Notes under the pieces: generated by a model
Seen by the model: only the letters and a program-made list of their open reading frames with translations
What the model was told of the DNA's origin: nothing
Databases searched by the model: none
Translations under genes and position numbers: made by a program
Shown here: piece after piece, positions 1 to 10,350 of the stretch
How the letters are laid out: each line of letters starts with the position of its first letter
Numbering within the stretch: the stretch's first letter is position 1
Assembly: GCA_022340285.1 (NCBI GenBank)
Contig: JAJDOG010000034.1
Coordinates: 16,552 to 80,551, forward strand
Reading direction: 5' to 3'
Origin: Betaproteobacteria bacterium
GTDB taxonomy: Bacteria > Pseudomonadota > Gammaproteobacteria > Burkholderiales > SG8-39
DNA length: 64,000 bases

Positions 1-2
1 AG

Positions 3-533
3 TCGATGTCGGCCGCCGGGACGGTCTCGGGTCGCAGCGGCAGCGTCAGCGTGGGCCAGGGCCCGCCCGCCGGACGCGGCGTCAACGCGCGGATTCTCGA
101 TTCGACACGCACCACGGACGATCGGGTCGTGCAACAGGTGCAGGCGCTCGAGGGCAGTCCGGCCACCATCAGCATCGGTTCGAGCCGACCCCTGCCGGCG
201 CGCACCACCACCTACGGGCCGGGTGGCGTCGTGGTAACCCAGGAGACGGTCTACCAGGACGCCTCGACCGGCTTCACGGTCGTCCCGCGTCTCGCCGGCG
301 ACCGGGTGACCCTCGATATCAATCCCCGTCTCGAATCGTTCAATCGGCGTCCGCCGGGCAGCGTAAGCACCCACACGATCGCGACGACGGCAACCGGCCG
401 CCTCGGCGAATGGATCGAGTTGGGCGGAGTGAACCAGAACGCCTCGCGCGAGGAGCGCGGAATCCTTTCGCGAGACAGCGCGTCGCGCCGATCCGTGGGC
501 AGCGTCTGGGTAAAGGTGGAAGAGATAAAGTGA
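3..533 (+). CDS. Secretin-like (type II/III secretion system family) protein, C-terminal fragment; 5' end lies outside the window
   Basis: The reading frame is open to the window edge. The C-terminal part (TGRLGEWIELGGV...ERGILS) resembles a secretin C-domain. The TGA stop at 531-533 overlaps the GTG of the next gene (GTGA). Confidence 0.4.
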   Translation, partial: SMSAAGTVSGRSGSVSVGQGPPAGRGVNARILDSTRTTDDRVVQQVQALEGSPATISIGSSRPLPARTTTYGPGGVVVTQETVYQDASTGFTVVPRLAGDRVTLDINPRLESFNRRPPGSVSTHTIATTATGRLGEWIELGGVNQNASREERGILSRDSASRRSVGSVWVKVEEIK

Positions 534-2545
534 GCGCTGCGGCCGAAGACGCGCTCGAGTCCGCGTTCGCGCCGGAAGGCGCGCTGGCGCGGGCGGTGCC
601 CGACTACCGGGTGCGGCCCCAGCAACTCGAGCTCGCGCGACGCATCGACGCCAGCATACGAGTCGGATCGGCCCTGATCGCCGAGGCAGGGACGGGCACC
701 GGCAAGACTTTCGCCTATCTCGTTCCGGCGCTCCTGTCGGGAGGCAAGGTCATGATCTCGACCGGGACCAAGACCCTGCAAGACCAGCTGTTTCACCGTG
801 ACTTGCCGGCGGTGAGCAAGGCGCTCGGTGTACGGGTCACGACCGCGCTGCTCAAGGGACGCGCGAACTACGTGTGCCACCACCATCTCGAGCGCAACAT
901 CGCGGACGGCGCGCTGCCGACGCGCGAAGCCGTGCACGACCTCCATGCCATTGCCGGATTTGCGCGGCGCAGCGCGAGCGGCGACCGCGCCGAGCTTTCC
1001 GACGTCGCGGAGGATTCCCCGGCGTGGGCGCTTGCCACCTCGACGCGCGACAATTGTCTGGGGCAGGGCTGCGCGCATCTCCGTGATTGCTTTGTCATGC
1101 GGGCGCGCCGCGAGGCGCTCGCAGCCGAAGTGGTAGTCGTCAATCATCACCTGTTCTTCGCCGATGTGATGCTGCGCGACGAAGGGATGGCGGAGCTTCT
1201 GCCGGCGTGCAACACGATCGTTCTCGACGAAGCGCATCAACTTCCGGGCACCGCGACGCTCTTCTTCGGTCGCTCGGTCACGACGGGCCAGATCCTCGAG
1301 CTTTGCCGAGACGCGTTGGCCGATGCTGTGGCCGAGGCTCCGGACATGGCGGACCTGCGCGAGCTCATTCGCGCCGCGGATCGAGCGGCACGTGATGCTC
1401 GCATCGCCGTTCATCTGAAGGAAGGGCGCCTGCCCGCGGCGACGCTCGAACGCGACGACGCGTTCCGTCAGGCGCTCGAGCGCCTGGGCGCGACGCTCGA
1501 TCGCCTTGCCGCCGGGCTGGACGGCGTTGCCGAGCGGGGGGAGGGTCTCGCCAATTGCGCAGCGCGCGCCGGAGAGCTGGCAGTGCGCGTCGAGGCCTGG
1601 CGCGGCGATGACGTCAATGACCTTGTGCGCTGGGCCGAGTTGCACACGCGCTCGCTCGCGCTGCATGCCACGCCGCTCTCGATCGCGGAGATCTTCCGGA
1701 AAGAGGTGGAAGCGTCGGTGCCCGAGAACGCCAGCGACGGTCCGGATCAGCCAGGTCGTTCACGCGCGTGGATACTCACCTCCGCGACGCTCGCCGTCGA
1801 CGGGGACTTTTCGCATTACAAGCGACTGATGGGGCTCGACGACATCGAGAGCGCCAGCTGGGGCAGTCCGTTCGACTATCCCTCCCAGGGCGTGCTCTAC
1901 GTGCCGCGCGCACTGCCCGAGCCCAACAGTACCGCACATACCGATGCCGTCGTGGATGCCGCGCTGCCGGTGATCCGGGCGAGCGGCGGCCGCGCGTTCC
2001 TGCTCTTCACGACCTTGCGCGCGATGCGGCACGCGCATGCGCGATTGCGTGACGCGTTCGAGTCCGACCAGATGGACTTTCCGCTGCTCGTCCAGGGGCA
2101 GGGATCGCGCAGCGAGCTGCTCGAACGCTTTCGCCGGTTGGGCAACGCTGTGCTGGTCGCCAGCGCGAGCTTTTGGGAGGGAGTGGACGTCCGGGGCGAG
2201 GCGCTGTCGGTCGTGGTGATCGACAAGCTGCCCTTCGCGCCGCCCGACGATCCGGTTCTCGCCGCGCGCCTTGCCGCCCTGAAACGCGCCGGGCGGAACG
2301 CGTTCACGGAGCTCCAGCTTCCCGAGGCCGCGCTGCTGCTCAAGCAGGGCGCGGGACGCCTCATCCGCGACGAGCATGATCGTGGCGCGCTGGTCATTTG
2401 CGATCCGCGGCTGGTCTCGCGACCCTATGGCGCGCGGTTGCTCGCCGCGCTGCCGCCGATGCGGCGGACGCGCGACCTCGCCGACGTGCAGCGGTTCTTT
2501 GCAGTCGCCGAAACCGAACGACCCGGCGCCGCCCTCACAGGTTGA
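530..2545 (+). CDS. ATP-dependent DNA helicase, DinG/YoaA (XPD-like Fe-S) family
   Basis: Walker A AEAGTGTGKTFAY; DEAH box VLDEAHQL; four Cys (YVC, NCLGQGC, DCF) between motifs I and II, typical of the XPD/DinG Fe-S domain. The start is taken at the GTG at 530; the track ORF opens earlier at 410, inside the previous gene. Confidence 0.85.
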   Translation: MSAAAEDALESAFAPEGALARAVPDYRVRPQQLELARRIDASIRVGSALIAEAGTGTGKTFAYLVPALLSGGKVMISTGTKTLQDQLFHRDLPAVSKALGVRVTTALLKGRANYVCHHHLERNIADGALPTREAVHDLHAIAGFARRSASGDRAELSDVAEDSPAWALATSTRDNCLGQGCAHLRDCFVMRARREALAAEVVVVNHHLFFADVMLRDEGMAELLPACNTIVLDEAHQLPGTATLFFGRSVTTGQILELCRDALADAVAEAPDMADLRELIRAADRAARDARIAVHLKEGRLPAATLERDDAFRQALERLGATLDRLAAGLDGVAERGEGLANCAARAGELAVRVEAWRGDDVNDLVRWAELHTRSLALHATPLSIAEIFRKEVEASVPENASDGPDQPGRSRAWILTSATLAVDGDFSHYKRLMGLDDIESASWGSPFDYPSQGVLYVPRALPEPNSTAHTDAVVDAALPVIRASGGRAFLLFTTLRAMRHAHARLRDAFESDQMDFPLLVQGQGSRSELLERFRRLGNAVLVASASFWEGVDVRGEALSVVVIDKLPFAPPDDPVLAARLAALKRAGRNAFTELQLPEAALLLKQGAGRLIRDEHDRGALVICDPRLVSRPYGARLLAALPPMRRTRDLADVQRFFAVAETERPGAALTG

Positions 2546-2605
2546 TTAGAATGCCTCCAGCCTGCACGGCGTGGCGAGCTGCGCAGGCATTCCGACGGAG
2601 GAGCA

Positions 2606-3580
2606 ATGAAGGTCTTCATCACGGGCGGTGGCGGGTTTCTCGGCTATCGCCTTGCCCGCACACTGCTCGAGCGCGGCACGCTGACGGGCCGTGACGGGAA
2701 GGCGGCGCCGATCACCCAGATCAAGCTCCTCGACACCGTATTTCCGCCCCAAACCGATCCGCGCCTGCAACGCGTGCAGGGCGATCTCAGTGCCCCGGGA
2801 ACGATTGCCGCGGCGCTCGAGCCCGATACCGCATCGGTGTTCCACCTCGCGTCAGTCGTGAGTGCCGGCGCGGAAGCCGATTTCGACCTTGGAATGCGCG
2901 TCAACCTGGAAGGGACCCGGATTCTCCTCGAGGCCTGCCGACAACTCGAGCGCCCGCCTCGGCTGGTCTTCACGAGCTCGGTTGCGGCCTTCGGCGGCGA
3001 GCTTCCCGCAACCCTCGACGATTCGACGACGCCGAAACCACAGACGTCGTACGGAACCCAAAAAGTGATCGGTGAGTATCTCGTTGCCGATTACACCCGT
3101 CGCGGGTTCCTGGATGGACGCTCCCTGCGGTTGCCGACCATCGTGGTGCGGCCGGGAAAACCGAACCTGGCAGCCTCGTCCTTCGCGAGCGCAATTTTCC
3201 GCGAGCCCCTCGGTGGGGAAATCTACGAGTGTCCGCTTCCCGATACGACCGGCATATGGCTGCTCTCCCCGCGCAAGGTGATCGAGGCGTTCGTGCATGC
3301 GCACGACTTGCCGGAGACCGCATGGGGCAGCAACCGCGTCGTGAATCTACCCGGCATCACCATCACGATACGGCAGGCCGTCGCGGAACTGCGCCGGATT
3401 GCCGGTCGGGAAGTTGCCGAGCGAGTCCGCTTCAAGATCGACCCGCGGATCAAGGCGATCGTCGACACGTGGCCCGTCCGCTTCGCGACGCCGCGTGCGC
3501 TTGCAATGGGTTTCAGCGCGGATTCGGACATCGAATCCGTGATCCGCGACCACATTCGGGAGCAGGGTATCGCGGTGTGA
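2606..3580 (+). CDS. NAD-dependent epimerase/dehydratase (extended SDR) family protein
   Basis: N-terminal Rossmann motif ITGGGGFLG; catalytic-type YGTQK (YxxxK); 324 aa. Confidence 0.8.
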   Translation: MKVFITGGGGFLGYRLARTLLERGTLTGRDGKAAPITQIKLLDTVFPPQTDPRLQRVQGDLSAPGTIAAALEPDTASVFHLASVVSAGAEADFDLGMRVNLEGTRILLEACRQLERPPRLVFTSSVAAFGGELPATLDDSTTPKPQTSYGTQKVIGEYLVADYTRRGFLDGRSLRLPTIVVRPGKPNLAASSFASAIFREPLGGEIYECPLPDTTGIWLLSPRKVIEAFVHAHDLPETAWGSNRVVNLPGITITIRQAVAELRRIAGREVAERVRFKIDPRIKAIVDTWPVRFATPRALAMGFSADSDIESVIRDHIREQGIAV

Positions 3581-3606
3581 AGCGCCGCGCGGGACGCTGC
3601 GAGCAG

Positions 3607-4416
3607 CTAGTAGCGCGGCGCCCAGAACTTCCACCAGGGCGGGCTGGGCCCGACGGAGCCGCCTGTCAGCGCATTGCTGTTGGGGAAATTCGTGCGTAGC
3701 ACTCGCTCTGCGTCCTCTTGAAGTTCTTTCATGCCGAGCTTCTCGTAGGCGCGCGCCGCGATGAACAGCGCTTCCTCCACCGCGGGTGTCTCGGGATAGG
3801 TCTTCACCGCGAACTGCGCCCGGTTCGCGGCTGCGACAAAGGCCCCACGCTCGTAGTAGTACCGGGCGACGTGCACCTCGTGCGAGGAAAGTCCGTTTAC
3901 CAAATAGTTCATGCGTGCGGTCGCGTCGGCCGCGTACTTGCTCTTCGGGAAGCGGGTTACCAACTCCTTGAAGGCGGCAAACGAATCGCGTGCCGAACGC
4001 GGGTCGCGTTCCGTCGGATCCTGGCCGGACCACTTTGCGAGCGCGCTCTGATCCTCGTAGAAGTTCACCACGCCTTTCAGGTAATACGCGTAATCGACGG
4101 TCGGGTGGTTCGGGTGCAGCTTGATGAAGCGGTCGCACGCGGCGATCGCCTGGGCCGGGTCGTTGTTGCGGTAGTACGCGTAGGCGATCTCGAGTTGCGC
4201 CTGCTGCGCATAGCGACCGAACGGATAGCGTGCCTCAAGCTTCTCGAAATAGCTGATCGCCCGTTCGTAGCCCCCCTTGCTCATCTCGTCCTTGGCCTCT
4301 TCGTAGAGGCGCTGTGCTGTCCAGCCCGCGGTCTCGTCCTCCGCCCCGAACTTCAAGATGCCGCATCCGGCGAGCATCATGGCGGCGCACAGCAGAAACG
4401 CTAAACTACGCCACAT
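3607..4416 (-). CDS. bamD: Outer membrane protein assembly factor BamD (lipoprotein, TPR-like)
   Basis: Lipobox MLAGC after a signal peptide. TPR-like body (YEEAKDEMSKGGYERAISYFEKLEARYP...). Classic divergent bamD/rluD arrangement. Start at the ATG at 4416; the track ORF extends to 5382 antisense to rluD. Confidence 0.9.
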   Translation of the reverse strand: MWRSLAFLLCAAMMLAGCGILKFGAEDETAGWTAQRLYEEAKDEMSKGGYERAISYFEKLEARYPFGRYAQQAQLEIAYAYYRNNDPAQAIAACDRFIKLHPNHPTVDYAYYLKGVVNFYEDQSALAKWSGQDPTERDPRSARDSFAAFKELVTRFPKSKYAADATARMNYLVNGLSSHEVHVARYYYERGAFVAAANRAQFAVKTYPETPAVEEALFIAARAYEKLGMKELQEDAERVLRTNFPNSNALTGGSVGPSPPWWKFWAPRY

Positions 4417-4515
4417 GCTGGGGAACGACCGCGTGTTCAATTGCGGATCGAGTCGTGTATCGAGACGCACGTTGAAGGCCAAGCTCAGGCTGTTGGACGG
4501 AGTGTCGAGGAAAGG

Positions 4516-5460
4516 GTGACGGACGCGCAGCATTATAGCCCGCGGATCGAGCGACTGGTGCCCGCCAACCTGGCCGGGATGCGTTTCGATCAGGCGCTTG
4601 CGCGCATGTTTCCCGAGCATTCGCGCAGCCGGTTGCAGGCCTGGGTGCGCGAGGGTCGGATCACGCTCGATGCGGCGGGTGTGGACGTCAAGCGCAAGGT
4701 ATGGGGCGGGGAGCGCGTGCGCATCGACCCCGGCGCCGATCGCGACGGGTGGGAGGCGCGCGAGGCGTCCGCGCATCGCGCGCAACCGATCGCATTGGAA
4801 ATCGTCCACGAAGAGGACGCGCTGCTGGTCGTCGACAAGCCTGCCGGGCTCGTCGTGCATCCGGGAAGCGGGAATCGGGACGGAACGCTCCTCAACGCAA
4901 TTCTGCACCACGCGCCCCAGTGCGCGGCGCTGCCACGAGCGGGCATCGTGCACCGCCTGGACAAGGACACGAGCGGGCTGCTGGTGATCGCCAAGACGGC
5001 CGAGGCGCAGACCGACCTGGTGCGACAGTTGCAGGCCCGCACGATCGGGCGCGAATATCTCGCCGTGGTCCACGGCGTCCTCATCGCGGACGGCGCGGTC
5101 GATGCGCCGATCGGCCGACATCCGGTGGAGCGCACCCGCATGGCGGTCGCGGCTCGCGGCAAGCCCGCTCGGACGCATTTCACCGTACTGCGCAGATTCG
5201 CGCGGGCGACGCTCGTGAAATGCCGACTCGAGACCGGGAGAACACATCAGATCCGCGTCCACATGCGATCGATCGGCCATCCGATCGTGGGGGACCCGGT
5301 GTACGGCCATCGTCATGCGCACCGCGAGGGACTGCGATTCCCCCGGCAGGCGCTGCATGCCACGCGCCTCGCGCTCGTGCATCCGGGTACGGGCGAGCCT
5401 GTTTCCTGGGAGTCGCCCCTGCCGGAGGACATGCGTGAGTTGCTGAAAGCCCTGGACTGA
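4516..5460 (+). CDS. rluD: 23S rRNA pseudouridine(1911/1915/1917) synthase RluD
   Basis: S4 domain (RFDQALARMFPEHSRSRLQAWV) and RluA-family catalytic motif HRLDKDTSGLL. The start is uncertain: GTG at 4516 is preferred and TTG at 4441 is possible. Confidence 0.9.
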   Translation: MTDAQHYSPRIERLVPANLAGMRFDQALARMFPEHSRSRLQAWVREGRITLDAAGVDVKRKVWGGERVRIDPGADRDGWEAREASAHRAQPIALEIVHEEDALLVVDKPAGLVVHPGSGNRDGTLLNAILHHAPQCAALPRAGIVHRLDKDTSGLLVIAKTAEAQTDLVRQLQARTIGREYLAVVHGVLIADGAVDAPIGRHPVERTRMAVAARGKPARTHFTVLRRFARATLVKCRLETGRTHQIRVHMRSIGHPIVGDPVYGHRHAHREGLRFPRQALHATRLALVHPGTGEPVSWESPLPEDMRELLKALD

Positions 5461-5462
5461 TC

Positions 5463-6197
5463 ATGCCGGCTTCTCAGGGTTGGATCGTTCCCGATTGGCC
5501 GGTCGCTGCCAACGTGCGCGCGTTTGCAACGACGCGCGCGGGCGGCGCGAGTCGCGGCCCCTACACCGGATTGAATCTCGCCACGCGGGTGGGCGACGAT
5601 CCCCGTGCGGTCGCGCGGAATCGCGACGTGCTGCGCAGGTATCTACCGGCCGACCCGATCTGGCTTGAGCAAGTGCACGGCACCGATGTCGTGGAGGCTG
5701 AACGCGCTGCCTCATCGACGCGCGCCGACGGCGTGGTGGCGCGTACCCGCCACCATGTCTGCGCGGTCCTCACCGCCGACTGTCTGCCGGTCCTGATGGC
5801 TGGCCGCACGGGAGGCGTCGTCGCCGTTGCCCACGCAGGTTGGCGCGGGCTGGCCAACGGCATCATCGAGGCGACGCTCGCGCGAATGGGCGTCTCCGGT
5901 GCAGAAGTCGTCGCGTGGCTCGGGCCGGGAATCAGCCAGGCGGCCTATGAGGTCGGAAGGGACGTCTACGAATCGTTCGTCAGCCGGGATCCGGAGGTAC
6001 GCGGTGCTTTCCGACCCGGCGCGCCGGGAAAGTACCAGGCCGATCTGTACGCACTCGCCCGATGCAGGCTTGGCGCGGTCGGTGTCACCGCCGTGCACGG
6101 CGGCGGATTCTGCACCTACGGCGACGCCGACCGCTTCTACTCGTATCGCCGGGACGGTCCCACCGGGCGCATGGCGACGGTCATCTGGATGGACTGA
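5463..6197 (+). CDS. pgeF: Peptidoglycan editing factor PgeF (YfiH, laccase-domain/DUF152 protein)
   Basis: Conserved TTRAGG...LNL, QVHG and TADCLPV motifs. Located directly after rluD, as in many proteobacteria. Confidence 0.9.
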   Translation: MPASQGWIVPDWPVAANVRAFATTRAGGASRGPYTGLNLATRVGDDPRAVARNRDVLRRYLPADPIWLEQVHGTDVVEAERAASSTRADGVVARTRHHVCAVLTADCLPVLMAGRTGGVVAVAHAGWRGLANGIIEATLARMGVSGAEVVAWLGPGISQAAYEVGRDVYESFVSRDPEVRGAFRPGAPGKYQADLYALARCRLGAVGVTAVHGGGFCTYGDADRFYSYRRDGPTGRMATVIWMD

Positions 6198-6979
6198 TGG
6201 GAACGCTCGGCAACATCATGGTGGCGTGTGTGGCCGGGGGCGTCCTGTCGGTTCTCTGCGCGGCGGTCTTCTCGCTTACCGCGCCGCAGCGCTGGATCGG
6301 CGCGCTGGTGAGCTTTGCGATCGGCGCGTTACTCGGCGCGGCGTTTCTCGAGATCCTGCCTCACGCACTGGAAACCTCGCAGGACACACGCGCCGTTGCT
6401 GCTGCGGTGCTCATCGGCATCCTCGGATTCTTCTTGCTCGAAAAGCTCGTCTTGTGGCGGCACTATCACATCGGTGACGACGAGTCGCACGGTCACGCCC
6501 ACGCGGAACACGCCGGCCACGACCAAGGGAGGTCGGGCCTGCTCATTCTGGTGGGCGACAGTTTTCACAATTTCGTCGACGGGGTACTTGTTGCCGCAGC
6601 CTTCATGCAGGATCCGTCGCTGGGAGTGGTCACCGCCACGGCCGTGATCGCCCACGAGATTCCCCAGGAGATCGGCGATTTCCTGATCCTGCTGAATTCC
6701 GGATACAGTCGCGTGCGGGCGTTCACCCTCAATCTGCTGTCGAGCCTTGCGATGATTGTCGGCGGACTGGCCGGGTACTTCGCGCTCAATCAGATGCAGG
6801 AATGGACCAACGTCCTGCTCGCGGTGGCGGCAGCGAGCATGATCTACGTCGCCGTCGCCGACCTCATACCCGGCTTGCACAAGCGAACCGAGCTTCGCGC
6901 CACCGCGCAGCAGATCCTACTGATCGCGGTGGGCGTGCTGCTGATCTGGTTCGTCGGGGAAGTGCTCCACGGGGACTGA
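6197..6979 (+). CDS. ZIP family metal (zinc/iron) transporter
   Basis: Multi-TM protein with a His-rich loop (HGHAHAEHAGHD) and ZIP signatures HNFVDG and AHEIPQEIGDF. The ATG at 6197 overlaps the pgeF stop (ATGA-type overlap, written TGATG on the plus strand). Confidence 0.85.
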   Translation: MGTLGNIMVACVAGGVLSVLCAAVFSLTAPQRWIGALVSFAIGALLGAAFLEILPHALETSQDTRAVAAAVLIGILGFFLLEKLVLWRHYHIGDDESHGHAHAEHAGHDQGRSGLLILVGDSFHNFVDGVLVAAAFMQDPSLGVVTATAVIAHEIPQEIGDFLILLNSGYSRVRAFTLNLLSSLAMIVGGLAGYFALNQMQEWTNVLLAVAAASMIYVAVADLIPGLHKRTELRATAQQILLIAVGVLLIWFVGEVLHGD

Positions 6980-7180
6980 AGCGCTGCGGACGGCGTTCCG
7001 GGCGCGTCGTTTCGGTGCTCCGACGACCCACCAGAAAAGGAACAGCGGCGCCAGCCCGTACAGGAGAAACGTGAGCAAGCCCGCGGTCACGCTGCGCTCG
7101 GTCAGCGCCATCAGGACCGTTACGAACAGCCAGGCGATTGCGACGATGTACATGGCGAGCGGGTGGGGCGATGGGGACAT
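6917..7180 (-). CDS. Small hypothetical membrane protein (two predicted TM helices)
   Basis: 87-aa ORF with two hydrophobic helices (YIVAIAWLFVTVLMAL, LLTFLLYGLAPLFLFWWVV) followed by a basic tail. Its 3' end converges on and overlaps the ZIP gene by 63 nt. No recognisable family. Confidence 0.35.
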   Translation of the reverse strand: MSPSPHPLAMYIVAIAWLFVTVLMALTERSVTAGLLTFLLYGLAPLFLFWWVVGAPKRRARNAVRSASVPVEHFPDEPDQQHAHRDQ

Positions 7181-7322
7181 TCTAGCGAAGGGGTCCTCGC
7201 CGGATCGCCCGTTCGCTCGGAAGGGGATCCCGGGAGGACACGATGATCTAGCCGGGCGAAACCGGGCGTGCAGACGTTGTCCAACTGTTTAATTTGAGGA
7301 AATCGCGCGGGCCGAAGCTTCC

Positions 7323-7351
7323 TTGACACTCTGATTGTGCGGTGCAATACT
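7323..7351 (+). promoter_or_regulatory. Candidate sigma70 promoter upstream of phaC (TTGACA-N17-AATACT with a TGn extended -10)
   Basis: TTGACA at 7323-7328, a 17-nt spacer, TGc at 7343-7345 and AATACT at 7346-7351. If real, it excludes the 7335 ORF start for phaC. Confidence 0.4.
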
Positions 7352-7394
7352 GATTCGGTTTAACTCGGTCAATGCGCTGTTGCGGCACGGAATC

Positions 7395-9113
7395 GTGTAT
7401 TCACCTTTTTTCCCGTCGTCCGACCCCGCGCTGCAGGCCGGGCCGTCCGTCGTGACCGGCCTTCTGCAATGGCTTTCCCGCGGGTCGGACGCGGACATCT
7501 CCCGTCGGTTCGCGGACTGGTCGACGCGTTCGGCGCGTGCTGGGGAGCTCTATTCGGCGCACTACCAGCGCACCGCGACCCTGTGGCAGACGATGTTCGC
7601 GCGCAGCCGTGGCGCGGAGCAGGATTCGGTCGTGCAGCCCGATCCCGGCGACCGGCGCTTCGCGGCCGCTGAGTGGCGCGAGGATGCGTACTTCGACTTC
7701 CTCAAGCAGAGCTATCTCCTCAACGCGCGATTCCTCATCGAGCTGATCGAGGCGGCCGAGATCGAGCCGCGCGCCAAGCGGCAGCTGCGCTTCTACGCGC
7801 GGCAGTTCATCGACGCGACGAGTCCGGCGAACTTCGCCGCGACCAACCCGGAAGTCATGCGGCTCGCGCGAGAGACCAACGGCGAGACCATCACGCGTGG
7901 CACGCAGAACCTGCTAGGGGATGTCGTCAAGGGGCGCATATCGACCACGGACGAGTCGGCGTTCGGCGTCGGCAAGAATCTCGCTGCGACGCCGGGCGCG
8001 GTCGTCTTCGAGAACGAGCTGATCCAACTCATTCAGTACAAGCCGGCGACCGAGACGGTACGCGGGCGGCCGCTGGTGATCGTCCCGCCGTGCATCAACA
8101 AGTTCTACGTGCTCGACCTGACCCGGGAAAATTCGTTCGTGCGGTACGCCGTCGAGCAGGGCAACACCGTATTTCTCGTGTCGTGGCGGAACGTCACGGC
8201 CGAGCTCGGCCACCTGACCTGGGATGACTACATTCGCGACGGTGTGATCCGCGCTCTTGAGGTCGCGCGCGTGATTTCGAAGGCCGATAAGGTGAATGCA
8301 CTCGGGTTCTGCGTCGGGGGCACGCTGATTGCGACTGCGCTCGCCGTACTTGTTGCGCGGGGCGAGGAATGGGCCGAGAGCCTGACGCTTCTCACTACGC
8401 TGCTCGACTATGCCGAGGCCGGCGAGATCGGCCTGTTCGTCGACGAGGCAAGCGTGGCGGCGAAGGAGGCGGAGATCGGTGCGGGCGGCATCATGGAAGG
8501 GCGCAACCTCGCGTTCGTCTTCTCCATGCTGCGCGCGAACGATCTCGTATGGTCATACGTCGTCAACAATTATCTGAAGGGCCGGGCGCCGGACGCCTTC
8601 GACATCCTTTACTGGAACGCGGACTCGACCAATCTGCCCGGGCCGATGTATTGCTGGTATGTGCGCAACACGTACCTCGAGAACCGGTTGCGGGAGCCGG
8701 GAGCGCTCAGGACATGCGACCAGCAGGTCGATCTCGGCGAGCTCCGCATGCCCGTCTACATCCTCGCCACGCGCGAGGACCACATCGTGCCGTGGAAGGC
8801 CGCCTACGCTTCGACCCGCCTGCTCAAGGGACGCGCGCGGTTCGTCCTGGGTGCGAGCGGCCACATCGCGGGCGTGGTCAACCCCGCGGCCAAGAATCGC
8901 CGGAGTTATTGGACGAGCGAGATACTCACCGAATCGCCGGAGCCCTGGCTCGCGGGCGCACGCGAGGTGAAGGGCAGCTGGTGGAACGACTGGAATGCCT
9001 GGCTCGCACAGCACGCGGGCGGAGAGAAGCCGGCGCCGAAGCGATTGGGCGGCGGCAAGTACAAGCGTATCGAGAATGCGCCGGGACGCTACGTGCAGTT
9101 CCGGGTAGTGTGA
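7395..9113 (+). CDS. phaC: Class I poly(3-hydroxyalkanoate) synthase PhaC
   Basis: Lipase-box with the catalytic Cys (GFCVGG). Long collinear similarity to the Cupriavidus necator PhaC1 sequence as I recall it (RRFAA..W, VFLVSWRN, REDHIVPW, GASGHIAGV). The start is uncertain: the ORF opens at 7335, and in-frame GTGs occur at 7395 and 7452. Confidence 0.92.
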   Translation: MYSPFFPSSDPALQAGPSVVTGLLQWLSRGSDADISRRFADWSTRSARAGELYSAHYQRTATLWQTMFARSRGAEQDSVVQPDPGDRRFAAAEWREDAYFDFLKQSYLLNARFLIELIEAAEIEPRAKRQLRFYARQFIDATSPANFAATNPEVMRLARETNGETITRGTQNLLGDVVKGRISTTDESAFGVGKNLAATPGAVVFENELIQLIQYKPATETVRGRPLVIVPPCINKFYVLDLTRENSFVRYAVEQGNTVFLVSWRNVTAELGHLTWDDYIRDGVIRALEVARVISKADKVNALGFCVGGTLIATALAVLVARGEEWAESLTLLTTLLDYAEAGEIGLFVDEASVAAKEAEIGAGGIMEGRNLAFVFSMLRANDLVWSYVVNNYLKGRAPDAFDILYWNADSTNLPGPMYCWYVRNTYLENRLREPGALRTCDQQVDLGELRMPVYILATREDHIVPWKAAYASTRLLKGRARFVLGASGHIAGVVNPAAKNRRSYWTSEILTESPEPWLAGAREVKGSWWNDWNAWLAQHAGGEKPAPKRLGGGKYKRIENAPGRYVQFRVV

Positions 9114-9156
9114 AAAGTGGACCTGAATTTCGGCGGTACTGCAAAGGAGGCACAGC

Positions 9157-10335
9157 ATGACTGACGTCGTCATCGTCGGCGCGGCACGCACCGCGGTCGG
9201 CAGCTTCAATGGAGGGATCTCGAAAATTCCCGCGGCGGATCTTGGCGCACACGTGATCAAGACGCTGCTGGCAAAGACCGGCGTGAAACCCGATCAGGTA
9301 TCCGAGGTGATTCTCGGTCAGGTGCTCACTGCGGGAGTCGGCCAGAACCCCGCGCGCCAGGCGTCGATTCGCGCCGGGCTCCCGGACATGGTGCCCGCGA
9401 TGACCATCAACAAGGTGTGCGGCTCGGGACTCAAGGCGACCCACCTCGCCGCGCAGGCAATCAAGGCGGGGGACGCCGAGATCGTGGTGGCGGGCGGACA
9501 GGAAAGCATGAGCCTTGCGCCGCACGTGATGATGGGCTCGCGCGGTGGCTTCCGCATGGGCGATGCGAAGCTCCAGGACTCGATGATCATCGACGGTCTC
9601 TGGGACGTCTACAACCAGTATCACATGGGCGTCACCGCCGAGAACGTTGCAAAGAGGTACGGCGTGAGTCGCGAGGACCAGGACCGCTTCGCGTTCGAGT
9701 CTCAACGCAAGGCCGAGGAGGCGCAGAAGGCCGGGAAGTTCAAGGACGAGATCGTGCCGATCGAGATCCCGCAGAGGAAGGGCGCCCCGCTCGTGTTCGA
9801 CATGGACGAATACCCGAAGCACGGCACGACGCTGGAGACGCTTGCCGCGTTGCGACCCGCCTTCGACAAGCAGGGCACCGTGACGGCTGGTAACGCTTCC
9901 GGCATCAACGACGGCGCCGCAGCAGTCATCATGATGTCGGCGAAGAAGGCCGAAGCGCTGGGGCTCAAACCGCTCGCTCGCGTGAAGGCCTATTCGTCGG
10001 CGGGTGTCGACCCGCAGATCATGGGCATGGGCCCCGTGCCGGCCTCGAAGCTCTGTCTCGCCAAGGCCGGCTGGAAGCCGCAGGATCTCGACCTGATGGA
10101 GATCAACGAAGCGTTCGCGGCGCAGGCCTGCGCGGTGAACAAGGAGATTGGCTGGGACACCTCGAAGATCAACGTCAACGGCGGTGCGATCGCGATCGGT
10201 CATCCGATCGGGGCGTCGGGTTGCCGGATACTCGTGACGCTGATCCACGAGATGATCCGCAGGGACGCCCACAAAGGGCTCGCGTCGCTCTGCATCGGCG
10301 GGGGCATGGGTGTTGCGCTCGCGATAGAGCGCTAG
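9157..10335 (+). CDS. phaA: Acetyl-CoA acetyltransferase (beta-ketothiolase) PhaA
   Basis: Thiolase motifs [10 protein letters not shown] (active Cys), [12 protein letters not shown] and CIGGGMGVA. Located between phaC and phaB. Confidence 0.95.
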   Translation: MTDVVIVGAARTAVGSFNGGISKIPAADLGAHVIKTLLAKTGVKPDQVSEVILGQVLTAGVGQNPARQASIRAGLPDMVPAMTINKVCGSGLKATHLAAQAIKAGDAEIVVAGGQESMSLAPHVMMGSRGGFRMGDAKLQDSMIIDGLWDVYNQYHMGVTAENVAKRYGVSREDQDRFAFESQRKAEEAQKAGKFKDEIVPIEIPQRKGAPLVFDMDEYPKHGTTLETLAALRPAFDKQGTVTAGNASGINDGAAAVIMMSAKKAEALGLKPLARVKAYSSAGVDPQIMGMGPVPASKLCLAKAGWKPQDLDLMEINEAFAAQACAVNKEIGWDTSKINVNGGAIAIGHPIGASGCRILVTLIHEMIRRDAHKGLASLCIGGGMGVALAIER

Positions 10336-10350
10336 GAAAGGAAGGTACGA

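Noticed and set aside
3607-5382. 591-aa ORF extending bamD far upstream
   Set aside because: The upstream 322 codons are antisense to rluD. The BamD signal peptide and lipobox begin at the ATG at 4416.
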